From positions 384,001-448,000 of the forward strand of contig CAXXXD010000003.1 of assembly GCA_963663385.2 (NCBI GenBank): a DNA stretch of 64,000 bases, in the 5' to 3' direction. Position 1 is the stretch's first letter. Each line of letters opens with the position of its first letter. The DNA comes from Oceanispirochaeta sp. Lineage in GTDB: Bacteria > Spirochaetota > Spirochaetia > DSM-2461. Position numbers and translations under genes: made by a program. Shown here piece by piece: positions 9,635-19,697 of this stretch. The notes under the pieces were generated by a model. That model had not been told where the DNA came from. It searched no databases and saw only the letters and a list, made by a program, of their open reading frames with translations.

Positions 9635-10492
9635 TTACTCCTTGACTCCGCCGAATGTAAGCCCCTGGATAAACTGTTTCTGAAGAACAAAGAAAACCAG
9701 TACCGAAGGAAGGGCCGCAACGATGGATCCTGCGGCAATCAGGTTGTAGCTGATAAGCCACTGCCCTTTCAGAGCGCTTAATCCGAAGGTAATCGGGCGG
9801 GCTTTATCGCTCTGTACCAGAGTCAGGGCCCAGAAAAAATCATTCCAGATAAAGGTGAACAGCAGAACCCCCAGAGAGGCCAGTGCCGGTCTCAGCAGAG
9901 GAATCATGATGGAAAAAAATATTTTTGGTTCAGTGGCGCCTTCTACACGGGCAGACTCTATCAGAGAAAAGGGGAGCTCCACTATAAAGTTACGTAAAAA
10001 GAATGTGGCAAACCCTGACTGGAAGGCCACATGGAACAGAATCAGGCCGAAGATGGTATCAAACAGGCCGAACTTTACAAACATGGTTCTGACGGGAATC
10101 ATCAGAATCTGGTAAGGTATGAAATTCCCTGCAATAAACATGGCATACAGGGCAATCCTCCCTTTGAAGGGGTAAACCGCCAGGGCAAATCCCGCCATGG
10201 CGCTGAACAGGATGGCGAAAAATACGGCCGGAAGGGTCATGACGGTACTGTTTATAAAATATTTGAGCATGGGGCTCCTGTCCGGATTAAACACTTCGCT
10301 GTAGTTCTCTCCAATAGCGATCCTGCTGGGAATTCCCCAGTAATTACCGGCTGATATATCCGAACCGGGCCGGATAGATGTGGAAATGATGGCGATCATG
10401 GGAAGCAGCCAGATCACAAGTATCAGTATGACCCCAAAAATATAAAGGGCTCTAACGGGAACTGCCCGCTTCTGTATTGGTGTAGGGAACAT
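9635..10492 (-). CDS. Carbohydrate ABC transporter permease (MalG-like)
   Basis: EAA-like motif LIESARVEGA; WNDFFWAL. Confidence 0.93.
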   Translation of the reverse strand: MFPTPIQKRAVPVRALYIFGVILILVIWLLPMIAIISTSIRPGSDISAGNYWGIPSRIAIGENYSEVFNPDRSPMLKYFINSTVMTLPAVFFAILFSAMAGFALAVYPFKGRIALYAMFIAGNFIPYQILMIPVRTMFVKFGLFDTIFGLILFHVAFQSGFATFFLRNFIVELPFSLIESARVEGATEPKIFFSIMIPLLRPALASLGVLLFTFIWNDFFWALTLVQSDKARPITFGLSALKGQWLISYNLIAAGSIVAALPSVLVFFVLQKQFIQGLTFGGVKE

Positions 10493-10494
10493 GC

Positions 10495-11382
10495 TTAACT
10501 CTCCGTATCAATCATTCGTTTAAGAAAGAAATAGATAAAGACTGACATAATCAGAAACAGGATAACCGCCAGAGCAGCCCCGTATCCCATCTTGAAATTA
10601 AAGATGGCTTCATCATACATATGGTAGGCCAGTACATAGGAGCTGCCCCATGGACCGCCTGCCGTCATAGTGGCGATCAGGTCGAAACTTCTCAGGGCTC
10701 CGATAACTGTTACAGTCAGGGCTACAATAGTAGCCGGCCGGAGCTGCGGCAGGATCACATGCCGCAGCATGCTGCGGCCTGATGCGCCGTCGATTCTGCC
10801 GGCCTCTACAATCTGTGTATTGACCCCTGCCAGACCCGTCAGATACAGAATCATGCAGTAGGCCGTCTGCGGCCAGAGTCCGGCTATGATGATACCGAAG
10901 GTCGCCATATTTTCATCTGCCAGAATGGGGATAGGTTTCATTCCCATGGCTTTCATTATATGGGCCAGAATGCCCAGGTCGGGATTGTAGAACCAGGAAA
11001 ATACCAATCCTACTACAACAAGATTTATAACAAAGGGAAAAAAGAAGAGAGATTTCATTACTCTCATACCCGGAATTTGCTGATTAAGAAACAGTGCCAG
11101 TGTCAAACCGATTACCGGTGCCAGCATCATAAAAACAAGCCAGTAAATATTATTTGTGATTGATGTAAAAAATTTCGGATCACTGAAAAGAGTTCTGTAG
11201 TTTTTCAATCCCACAAATGTCATTGGTCCGAAACCGTCCCATTTGTGAAAACTGATAAATATACTCTGAAATATCGGCCATATAACAAATATCAGAAATA
11301 AAATAAGAGCCGGTGCCAGAAAGTAGGCCGGAGCAAATTTCTGCTGCAGTTTCAGTATGTGATTCACGGTTTTTTTATCCAT
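10495..11382 (-). CDS. Carbohydrate ABC transporter permease (MalF-like)
   Basis: FVGLKNY; EAGRIDGA; HVILPQLRP. Confidence 0.93.
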   Translation of the reverse strand: MDKKTVNHILKLQQKFAPAYFLAPALILFLIFVIWPIFQSIFISFHKWDGFGPMTFVGLKNYRTLFSDPKFFTSITNNIYWLVFMMLAPVIGLTLALFLNQQIPGMRVMKSLFFFPFVINLVVVGLVFSWFYNPDLGILAHIMKAMGMKPIPILADENMATFGIIIAGLWPQTAYCMILYLTGLAGVNTQIVEAGRIDGASGRSMLRHVILPQLRPATIVALTVTVIGALRSFDLIATMTAGGPWGSSYVLAYHMYDEAIFNFKMGYGAALAVILFLIMSVFIYFFLKRMIDTES

Positions 11383-11405
11383 GAACAGGTCTCCTTAACA
11401 AGTTA

Positions 11406-11442
11406 AAAAAACGGCGGAGGGTATTATCCTCTTCCGCCGTTT
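11406..11442 (-). terminator. Stem-loop after solute-binding protein gene
   Basis: AAACGGCGGA...TCCGCCGTTT with flanking A-run. Confidence 0.7.
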
Positions 11443-11468
11443 CAGGTTATATGCGATTAGAAACGGAA

Positions 11469-12716
11469 TTATTCAAACAAACTTTTTCTTTCGTTTTCAA
11501 TTCTCTGTCTGATAGCATCAATTCTTTCGGGATTGACCATGAATTCCTGCAATCCCTCCATTCCGACTTTTGCCATTTCGGGCGTGGTGTCCCTGTCATA
11601 GAACTGAGCCAGGCCGTCAGAGGCTCCGAGCATTTCGAAACCGGCTTTTTTGAAGCGGTCCGCAGGAGCGGCAGAGTTTTTGCTGGGAGACAGGGTTCCT
11701 GCGGCTTCGGTCATAAGATCCAGAACATCGGGACGGGCCAGGAACTTCATAAAGAGTTTGGCTTCCTCAGTATGTCTTGCCTTGGCGGGGATGTGAATTG
11801 TGTCTGTAGGGGCATCTTCGTATACGCCTTTGGAAGGATCGATAACAGGGAACTGGAAGAATCCGATATTGTCAACAACCCCGGCGCTTGTCATATCGGG
11901 AATCATGAAGTTTCCGATCAGATACATGGCGGCATCTCCGCTGATGAGGGGAGCCTGAGCTTCCTGCCAGGAGTAGGTGGCATGATTCTCCAGAAAGTGG
12001 CCTCGCTTGATCATATCAGTCCAGATTTCAAATACCTTATCCAGTCTGTGATCCAGGTAGGAAATCTTTCCACCCATCAGGTCCATATGGAAATCATATC
12101 CATTGACTCTGAGGTTCAGGTAATCGAACCAGCCTCCGGCAGTCCAGAGGTATTTTGTTCCAATAGTAATCGGAGTGATTCCATTGGCTACCAGAGTGTC
12201 ATTCACATTCATGAATTCATCCCAAGTTTTGGGAACGGAAAGTCCGAGACTTTCAAATACATCCATTCTATAGTAAACACCCCACTGGTAGTAGGACCAG
12301 GGTGTTCCGTATTTTTTCCCGTCTACTGTCATGGCAGCAATTGAGGATGACATGGAGTCGTTCAGTCCCTCCTCTTCCCATACATCGCTGACATCCATCA
12401 GGAGGCCCTGATCAACAAAGAATTTCATTCTGTTACCGGCAAACCAGAAACAGATATCCGGTGCTTCAGTGGCCAGAAAATTTCGAATAGCGGTTTTGTA
12501 GGCTTCGTGATCAAATGTATTCAGCTGTACATCTATATCCGGATATTCCGCTTTAAACAGTTCAACTGCTTCCGCAAGACCGGCTTTGGGGGCGGGATCC
12601 GACTGATTTGAATTGATAATCAGTACTTTTTCATCCGATTCCTGCTGACCTCCGGCAAATGCTCCTGTAAGGGTTATACTGAGGCAAATCATAAGAATAA
12701 TTAGGCGTTTACTCAT
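11469..12716 (-). CDS. Carbohydrate ABC transporter substrate-binding protein
   Basis: Spirochaete-type leader AFAGGQQE; PKTWDEF; SBP family 1 layout. Confidence 0.92.
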   Translation of the reverse strand: MSKRLIILMICLSITLTGAFAGGQQESDEKVLIINSNQSDPAPKAGLAEAVELFKAEYPDIDVQLNTFDHEAYKTAIRNFLATEAPDICFWFAGNRMKFFVDQGLLMDVSDVWEEEGLNDSMSSSIAAMTVDGKKYGTPWSYYQWGVYYRMDVFESLGLSVPKTWDEFMNVNDTLVANGITPITIGTKYLWTAGGWFDYLNLRVNGYDFHMDLMGGKISYLDHRLDKVFEIWTDMIKRGHFLENHATYSWQEAQAPLISGDAAMYLIGNFMIPDMTSAGVVDNIGFFQFPVIDPSKGVYEDAPTDTIHIPAKARHTEEAKLFMKFLARPDVLDLMTEAAGTLSPSKNSAAPADRFKKAGFEMLGASDGLAQFYDRDTTPEMAKVGMEGLQEFMVNPERIDAIRQRIENERKSLFE

Positions 12717-12990
12717 AGAGACTCCTTCTTTTTGTTTGTATGTAATAGTATAAATCCTCCCGATTTACCGTCAACGACAAGATTTTCTTCGAAGTTTCAC
12801 TATTTTCAGATAAAATATGTACACGTGTTACAGAGCGTATAAGTGTTGTATAAAAATAGAATAACCCCCCTGAATTAACGTAAAAAGATATATAAATACG
12901 GGGAAAAAAATTTTCTTTCATATTAATCAAGCATGGTATATTTAACAAATTTCAGATCTGTTTTAATATATTCAGAATCGAGGGAGATCA

Positions 12991-13854
12991 ATGTTAAAAG
13001 ATCAGCATGCCCAGGGAAGGCGGGACGGAGAATTCTACCTTGCCAGCTTAACGGATATGGAAAAAGAACTTCCCTTTCACCTTGTCGGGGCGGGATGTGA
13101 TTTTTATCAGTACCCGGTGAGCAGGCCTTTCGGTTATCCTGTATTTCAGTGGATCCAGACACAGTCCGGAGGAGGGATTCTGGAACTGGAAAGCGGAACC
13201 TATCCCGTTCCGGAGGGACACGGGTTTCTCCTGTATCCCGGTGACCGTCATTCCTATCATCCTCTGGACGACGAGTGGCATGTGAACTGGATAACCATCA
13301 ACGGATACCATATAGAGAATATGCTGCAGTATATCGGTCTCAAAAAAAGCGGGGTATTTGCCATTTCCGAACCCCTTGTTCTGGCTTCTCATATACGAAA
13401 GGCGGTGCATCTCCTTAAGAATCCCACGGATACAACAGGACTCAGCGGCTCTGTTGCCGCCTATCAGCTGCTGATGGATCTGTTTAAATATGTCTGGAAT
13501 GATGAAAAAGAGGACCACAGCCTGTACAGTAAAAGGCTTAAAGCTGTCTTTGAACAGATAGACCGGGAACTGGATACAGCCCTGAGTATCGACAGGCTTG
13601 CAGAAACAGCCGGTGTAACTCCCCAGTATTTCTGTGAAATTTTCAAAACAGTTACCAATCAGAGACCTACAGAGTATATCAATCAGAGACGGATTGACCG
13701 GGCAAAGGAGATTATAATCCGGGAGCCCCTTAAAAAGATCAGCGAAATTGCCGCTATGGTCGGTTTTGATAATAACAGTTACTTTTCCACGGTTTTTCGT
13801 AAACAGGAAGGGTTAAGCCCCAACAAATTCCGGGAATTCAACTCGCTGATTTAA
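12991..13854 (+). CDS. AraC-family regulator (divergent from sugar ABC)
   Basis: N-terminal cupin; C-terminal YFCEIFK and IAAMVGFDNNSYFSTVFRKQEGLSP. Confidence 0.93.
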   Translation: MLKDQHAQGRRDGEFYLASLTDMEKELPFHLVGAGCDFYQYPVSRPFGYPVFQWIQTQSGGGILELESGTYPVPEGHGFLLYPGDRHSYHPLDDEWHVNWITINGYHIENMLQYIGLKKSGVFAISEPLVLASHIRKAVHLLKNPTDTTGLSGSVAAYQLLMDLFKYVWNDEKEDHSLYSKRLKAVFEQIDRELDTALSIDRLAETAGVTPQYFCEIFKTVTNQRPTEYINQRRIDRAKEIIIREPLKKISEIAAMVGFDNNSYFSTVFRKQEGLSPNKFREFNSLI

Positions 13855-13990
13855 TCACTACCTCCATAAAATAACCTCTCTTTAGATGATTGCTATACTA
13901 CTTGCAAAGATTTATACCCATTATCCTTTTTAAAATTCAAATATGAAGAATTCCGCTCTTTACATAATTGTATTGTTGTATTATTCTTAT

Positions 13991-14014
13991 ATTGTACTAC
14001 TACAATAGTACAAT
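13991..14014. promoter_or_regulatory. YtrA-type palindromic operator
   Basis: ATTGTACTA-N6-TAGTACAAT perfect inverted repeat just upstream of the SD of the YtrA-type gene. Confidence 0.7.
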
Positions 14015-14027
14015 TAGGAGCAGTACA

Positions 14028-14468
14028 ATGGCTTTGAAAGAGGCTGATATTAAAAAACTGGATTTTACTCTGGATCCGAAAAGCGGCGTGCCCTACTACA
14101 AACAGATTATTATGCAGGTAGAACTGGCCATTGCCGACGGCCGTCTGGAAAAGGGGGAGCAGCTTCCCACGGTCAGGGGATTAGCCGTTGAAATACGGGT
14201 TAACCCGAATACGGTTGCCAGGGCCTATAATGAGATGGAGATCAGGGGAATTGTCACGACCCAGCAGGGAACCGGAACATTTATCAGTGACAAAACGGTA
14301 GAACTGGACGAACTGGAAAGGGCGCGGGTTCTGGCGCAGATAGTCAGGCCTCTTGTCAGTAAAGCCGGTTCATATGGATTCGAAATACAGGACCTGGTCC
14401 GTTATCTGCAGGAGATGCAGAATATTAACGAAACAGCTTCCGGAGCTGACGAAAAGGGGGAAAAGTGA
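14028..14468 (+). CDS. GntR-family regulator, YtrA subfamily
   Basis: PYYKQI, GEQLPTVRGLA, VNPNTVARAY, GTGTFI; short C-domain; start ATG 14028 after AGGAG. Confidence 0.92.
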   Translation: MALKEADIKKLDFTLDPKSGVPYYKQIIMQVELAIADGRLEKGEQLPTVRGLAVEIRVNPNTVARAYNEMEIRGIVTTQQGTGTFISDKTVELDELERARVLAQIVRPLVSKAGSYGFEIQDLVRYLQEMQNINETASGADEKGEK

Positions 14469-15574
14469 TGAATATTTTTCAACAGAAACTGGAAAGGGTG
14501 AAGAATCAGAAAAAGGCTTTATTGAAAAAGGATTATACCTATAATGCCTTTTCCTTTATAATCCTGGGGATTTTTCTGGCTGCGGCGACTGCTGCCCAGT
14601 ACTACTCGGGCGGACCCTTTGATATGGATCTGATTGTCGAGTACTGCGGCGGTATTCTCATCGCGGGGATTGTGCTGATGATACTCCCTCTCTGGGTCAT
14701 GTCAGTGCTTATGATCATTAGCTGCTGGTTAGTCCTGCCGATTGAATTCTCAACGGGTTACTATCCCATGGCTATCTTTTCTTCCCTGGGAATCCTGTTT
14801 TCAGCCTCTATGGAGCTGATCTATCACTGGGATAAGGTGGTTGTGCTTCGGATGGGAAAATTTAAAAGCGTGTACGGACCGGGCTTATTCACTCTTTTTC
14901 CATTAATCGACCGGGTGGCGGAGTACGTGGATACCCGTATCAGGGTAACCGACTTCAGTGCGGAGCGTACCATCACAAAAGATACGGTGCCGGTTCATGT
15001 GGACGCCCTCTGTTTCTGGATGATATGGGACGCCAAGCAGGCTGTTCTGGAGGTGGAGAACTATCAGGAGGCGGTCAGCCTGTCTGCTCAGACCGCCCTG
15101 CGGGATGCTATAGGACGGAACGACCTGAGTACGCTGTTATCGGGCCGGGAGGAACTGGGGCATGAAATACAGAAGGTTCTGGATGCCAAAACCAATCCCT
15201 GGGGGATTACCATCCTCTCCATTGAGTTTACAGATGTGATTATTCCCCGGGAACTGGAAGATGCCATGAGCAAGAAGGCCCAGGCTGAAAGGGAGAAACA
15301 GTCCCGTATTATTCTGGGAGAGGCGGAAAAGGAAGTGGCCAGCCAGTTCCGGGAGGCCTCGGAGATCTATGAAGGCAGTCAGGAAGCCCTGCAGCTCAGG
15401 GCTATGAATATGGTTTACGAAGGGATTCGTCAGAATGGTTCACTTATACTTCTTCCGTCCAGTGCGCTGGACAGTATGAACCTGGGAAGCACTCTGGGAA
15501 TGGCTGCCTGGCAGAAGATGCGGAAAGAGAATCCCCGGAATGAAAACGGAGACACAGGAGGTGTTCATTCATGA
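14468..15574 (+). CDS. SPFH/stomatin (slipin) family membrane protein with extra N-terminal TM helices
   Basis: VVLRMGK..GPGL, TKDTVPVHVDA, AQTALRD.IG, PWGI, AQAEREKQSRII, ALQLR. Confidence 0.9.
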   Translation: MNIFQQKLERVKNQKKALLKKDYTYNAFSFIILGIFLAAATAAQYYSGGPFDMDLIVEYCGGILIAGIVLMILPLWVMSVLMIISCWLVLPIEFSTGYYPMAIFSSLGILFSASMELIYHWDKVVVLRMGKFKSVYGPGLFTLFPLIDRVAEYVDTRIRVTDFSAERTITKDTVPVHVDALCFWMIWDAKQAVLEVENYQEAVSLSAQTALRDAIGRNDLSTLLSGREELGHEIQKVLDAKTNPWGITILSIEFTDVIIPRELEDAMSKKAQAEREKQSRIILGEAEKEVASQFREASEIYEGSQEALQLRAMNMVYEGIRQNGSLILLPSSALDSMNLGSTLGMAAWQKMRKENPRNENGDTGGVHS

Positions 15575-16281
15575 TCGAGATTAAAGGTGTAACAAAAACC
15601 TACAGGACAGGAGATACGGAAGTAAAGGCTCTGAAGAGTGTGAATCTGAAAATTGAAAGCGGTGAGTTTATGTCTATTGCCGGTCCTTCGGGGTCGGGAA
15701 AAACCACCCTTATGAATTTGATCGGCTGTATCGATTCACTTGATGATGGTCAGATCCTGATAGAGGGGAAAGTTGTCTCCTCCCTTACAAAGGAAGAGAA
15801 AACAACCTTTCGCCGTGAGAAGCTGGGCTTTATCTTTCAGAGCTATAATCTGATTCCCGTACTGACCGCCTATGAAAACGTCGCTTTCTCCCTGCAGCTT
15901 CTCGGACTGCAGGAGAATGAAATCAAAGAAAGGACCATGAACATTCTGAAAGAGGTCGGCCTTGAGGGGATGGAAAACCGCCGTCCCGGCAAGCTTTCCG
16001 GCGGGCAGCAGCAGCGGGTCGCCATTGCCCGGGCCCTGGTAAAGGAACCTGTCATAGTACTGGCGGATGAACCGACCGCCAATCTTGATTCCCATACGGG
16101 AGAGGATATCCTGAAACTTATGGAAGCCATGAATATCAGGCACGGTACGACATTTGTTTTTTCAACCCATGACAGGATGGTAATGGATTTTGCCCATCGC
16201 CTGGTCTATCTGCATGACGGAGAGTTCCAGTCGGATACGAGGAGACCTGAACCGCAGGCGAAAGCTGTAAAGGAGCAGTAG
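15571..16281 (+). CDS. ABC transporter ATP-binding protein (LolD/MacB type)
   Basis: GPSGSGKT, LSGGQQQRVAIARAL, LADEPTANLD. Confidence 0.95.
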   Translation: MIEIKGVTKTYRTGDTEVKALKSVNLKIESGEFMSIAGPSGSGKTTLMNLIGCIDSLDDGQILIEGKVVSSLTKEEKTTFRREKLGFIFQSYNLIPVLTAYENVAFSLQLLGLQENEIKERTMNILKEVGLEGMENRRPGKLSGGQQQRVAIARALVKEPVIVLADEPTANLDSHTGEDILKLMEAMNIRHGTTFVFSTHDRMVMDFAHRLVYLHDGEFQSDTRRPEPQAKAVKEQ

Positions 16282-16282
16282 T

Positions 16283-17530
16283 ATGACGTTTCTTCCTTCT
16301 TTAGCCATAAAAAACCTTTTCCGCTATACCAGAAGGACCCTGATTACTTCCGCAGCAATTGCTTTCGGTATTATGATTTTTCTTCTGATGGACTCCCTTC
16401 TGGGCGGAATCAAGGAGGATTCTGAAAGGAATCTGATCTGGTACGAAACAGGATCGGCCGCCTTTTTCCACCCCGAATACTGGGAGGATCACTATCTGAT
16501 GCCGGTGGACCGACCGGTTGAGGATCCGGACAGTCTTATCCAGGAGATGGAGAGGGAGGGTATCCCTGCCGTACCCAGGATTGAATTTGCCGCGGATATG
16601 ATGGTTTATCAGGACCCCTTTCCCGAATACGGTAATATCCAGGTCAAATGCATCGGAATAGATCCGGAAAGGGACAAGCAGGTCTTCCGCCTGGACCAGA
16701 CGGTTGTGGACGGCCGTTATCTGAAGCCGGGAGAGGAAGGAGTTATGATCGGTCAGTGGATGGCAAAGGACCTTGGAGCACAGGTGGGGTATCCCCTGAC
16801 TCTGGTGACCAGAACCATGGACGGCTATTTTCAGACAATGGATCTGGAAATTGTGGGCATCCTGCTGAGCGATAATCCTATCGTTAACCGATACGGAGTT
16901 TATATTCCACTGGATACGGTCCGGTATGCCCTGGATATGAACGGGTATGCTACCGGCGTCTATGCCTCTCTCCCCAGGGGGAAAGCAGAGGCGGAAGGTA
17001 TTGCCCGGATGCAGCAGATCGCCGGACCTCTGGGGCTGGATGTGCTTGACTGGCGGATTATGGGAAAGGATTTTGTCGCCCTGGCGGAAGCCAAATCCCA
17101 GGGAAGCAGTACGATCCTCTTCCTTGTTTTTCTGATTGCTGCCGTGGGTATTTCCAATACCATACTGATGTCCATTATGGAGCGGGTGAGAGAACTGGGA
17201 ATGATGCGGGCCCTGGGAATGACAAACGGACAGATCCGCCGGATGTTTCTGATGGAGTCGGCGGGAATCGGATTTTTCGGTGCTCTGGGCGGTGTGATTG
17301 CAGGAGTTATGATCAATATTCCCCTGGTGAACAGAGGGATTGATTACTCCTCCATGATGGAATCGGGAGATATGGGATACCGGGTAGCCGGAATCGTCTA
17401 CGGAGCCTGGTATCCTCAGACCTTTGCTACCGCATTCCTGGTGGGGCTTCTGATAGCTCTTGTTGTAGCCTGGTTTCCCACCAGACGGGCATTGAAGCTG
17501 GATATCACAGCATGTCTGAGATTTATATGA
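16283..17530 (+). CDS. FtsX/LolC-E-like ABC permease 1
   Basis: KNLFRYTRRTLIT; ERVRELGMMRALGM; 4-TM MacB-PCD/FtsX layout. Confidence 0.9.
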   Translation: MTFLPSLAIKNLFRYTRRTLITSAAIAFGIMIFLLMDSLLGGIKEDSERNLIWYETGSAAFFHPEYWEDHYLMPVDRPVEDPDSLIQEMEREGIPAVPRIEFAADMMVYQDPFPEYGNIQVKCIGIDPERDKQVFRLDQTVVDGRYLKPGEEGVMIGQWMAKDLGAQVGYPLTLVTRTMDGYFQTMDLEIVGILLSDNPIVNRYGVYIPLDTVRYALDMNGYATGVYASLPRGKAEAEGIARMQQIAGPLGLDVLDWRIMGKDFVALAEAKSQGSSTILFLVFLIAAVGISNTILMSIMERVRELGMMRALGMTNGQIRRMFLMESAGIGFFGALGGVIAGVMINIPLVNRGIDYSSMMESGDMGYRVAGIVYGAWYPQTFATAFLVGLLIALVVAWFPTRRALKLDITACLRFI

Positions 17531-17633
17531 ACCATGGTGCAGGGGAACTCAGGGGCCGATCAACCCCTTTCCCCTTCGGTCACCGGGACTTTCCTGTGAA
17601 ATGTTCCCGAAAACGTAATAAGAGAGGTATGCT

Positions 17634-18863
17634 ATGAAACTGAGCAACATAGCTTTCAGAAATATATTCAGAAACCGGAGAAGGAGCATCCTTTCCGGAA
17701 CGGCCATCGCCGTGGCCGCTATGAGTATCGTGCTCCTGTTTTCCTTCATTGCCGGTATGATTGACGATATGCAGTATAACTTCCATACCTATACGACCGG
17801 CGCTGTCAGGATAAGGCACAAAGATTTCTCCCGCTACGAGAGGCTGAATCCCATGCATCTGACAGTGGATGTCTCGGACGGGCTGATGGAGGATCTGAAA
17901 AAAGAGGAGGGGATCTCCCTTCTAAGTCCCAGGATAGGATTTCCCACCAGGATCTACCGGGATGGTGAAAACTACAACGCCTTCGGTACCGGTGTGGATT
18001 TTTCCACTGAGGTAGCTTACCAGAACCTGGGTCCCGAGCTGGTCCCGGAAGGCCGAATTCCTGAAACGGGTGCCAATGAGGTTCTTATCGGTTACAAGCT
18101 GGCTGAGGAAGTGGGGGTCGGACTGGGCGACAAGATCACAATCCTCTCCTCCACGGCCGCCAGAGGAACCAACGCCATAACTTTTACTGTTGTGGGACTT
18201 CTGGCCTATCCCATGGAAGGCTTGAATAACACCACGATTCTGGCTCCTCTGGACCGGGTCCAGTATTTTCTGAGGATGCCCGGTCAGGTACAGGAAATTA
18301 TAATGAAAGTGGGAGAGGACGTGGATTCCACAGTTCTGGCCGAAAGACTCAGGGAAAAATATGCAGACAAATACGGTGTGGAAATAAAAGGCTGGATGGA
18401 GCTTGAGACCAGTTATTCCTTCATTGAAATGGCTCAGACCATTTACGATATTGTGGCGTTATTCTTCTTTATCCTTGGAAGTTCGGTCATCCTGAATACC
18501 ACCATAATGGTGATTTTCGAAAGGATGAGAGAGATCGGAACCATGAGCGCCATGGGTATGTCGGGAAAAGATCTGGTCCGGCTCTTTTTCATAGAGGCTT
18601 TTATCATCAGTGTGGCGGGTTCCTTTGTGGGGGTCCTCCTAGGAATGGGATTTACCCAGATCCTTTCGCAGGTGGGACTCAATTTCGGTGAGGCCATGGA
18701 GGGGGTGGATTTTGAGATATCCACGATCCTCTATCCCAAACTTAATCTGAAATCCACCGTGGTGGTTTTCTTCTATTCCGTGGCAGTAGCTTCCATAACC
18801 GCCATCTTACCGGCCCGGCGGGCCAGCCGGATAGATCCGGTGGCTGCATTGAGGGCAGTTTAA
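17634..18863 (+). CDS. FtsX/LolC-E-like ABC permease 2
   Basis: RNIFRNRRRS; ERMREIGTMSAMGM; PARRASRIDPVAALR. Confidence 0.9.
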   Translation: MKLSNIAFRNIFRNRRRSILSGTAIAVAAMSIVLLFSFIAGMIDDMQYNFHTYTTGAVRIRHKDFSRYERLNPMHLTVDVSDGLMEDLKKEEGISLLSPRIGFPTRIYRDGENYNAFGTGVDFSTEVAYQNLGPELVPEGRIPETGANEVLIGYKLAEEVGVGLGDKITILSSTAARGTNAITFTVVGLLAYPMEGLNNTTILAPLDRVQYFLRMPGQVQEIIMKVGEDVDSTVLAERLREKYADKYGVEIKGWMELETSYSFIEMAQTIYDIVALFFFILGSSVILNTTIMVIFERMREIGTMSAMGMSGKDLVRLFFIEAFIISVAGSFVGVLLGMGFTQILSQVGLNFGEAMEGVDFEISTILYPKLNLKSTVVVFFYSVAVASITAILPARRASRIDPVAALRAV

Positions 18864-18888
18864 AACTTTGAACTCAAGGGAGTAAAAA

Positions 18889-19629
18889 ATGAGAATACTG
18901 ATAAGGATCTTTACACTTTTCTGGCTTCTGAGCGGATTATCCATGCTTTTCGGAATCACTGCGGAGGAAATTGTCAGGGAAATGGACCGGCAGCAGAGCT
19001 TTTCCACCATGAAAGCCAGCGGTTCCATGATAACCAATGACCGCTTCGGGACCAAGGTCAGCGATTTTATCAGCTGGTCCCGTGGAAACGACGAGTTTCT
19101 GATCGAGTTTACCAGTGCGGCCGAACAGGGGCAGAAGATTCTCCGTACCGCCAGGGAACTCTATCTTTACTACCCCGACGCGGAAGAGATTATCCGCCTT
19201 CAGGGAGCGGCCCTGCGTCAGTCCATGCTCGGGTCGGATATATCCTATGAAGATATGACTGAAGGGAACGATACCTTGAGCAAATACGAGGTGGAGCTGA
19301 CGGGAGAGGAGACGGCAGGAGGGGAAAACTGCTATGTTCTCGAGATGACAGCCAAATCCCGTGATGTGGCCTATCCGAAACAGATTGTATGGGTGGTTAA
19401 GGATACCCTTGTCCCCCGGCAGGTGCAGTACTTTTCCAAATCCGGGAAGCTTCTGAAGGAGATGCAGGTCGATGCCATCGAGAGGATCGGCGGTAAATTC
19501 GTGATAACCCGGATGACCCTGGAGGACAAGCTGAAAAAGAACTCCAGTACAGAACTGATAATGGAAAATCTGGAAACAGATATAAACCTGGACCGGAACT
19601 TTTTCTCTCTGGATAACCTGTCCTGGTAG
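18889..19629 (+). CDS. Outer-membrane lipoprotein-sorting protein (LolA-like)
   Basis: Signal peptide; GQKIL, LYLYYP, SMLGSDISYEDM, YFSKSGKLLK, FFSLDNL. Confidence 0.85.
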   Translation: MRILIRIFTLFWLLSGLSMLFGITAEEIVREMDRQQSFSTMKASGSMITNDRFGTKVSDFISWSRGNDEFLIEFTSAAEQGQKILRTARELYLYYPDAEEIIRLQGAALRQSMLGSDISYEDMTEGNDTLSKYEVELTGEETAGGENCYVLEMTAKSRDVAYPKQIVWVVKDTLVPRQVQYFSKSGKLLKEMQVDAIERIGGKFVITRMTLEDKLKKNSSTELIMENLETDINLDRNFFSLDNLSW

Positions 19630-19630
19630 G

Positions 19631-19674
19631 CCTTTCCCCAACCTTCCGCCTCCCTGAAGGAGGGGCCGGGCAGG
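19631..19674. repeat. Possible degenerate solo REP-like element
   Basis: CCTCC-CTGAA-GGAGG hairpin; shares GGAGGGGCCGG (19659-19669) with 36186-36196. Confidence 0.35.
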
Positions 19675-19697
19675 ACTACAGTACCGAGGAGCTGCAG

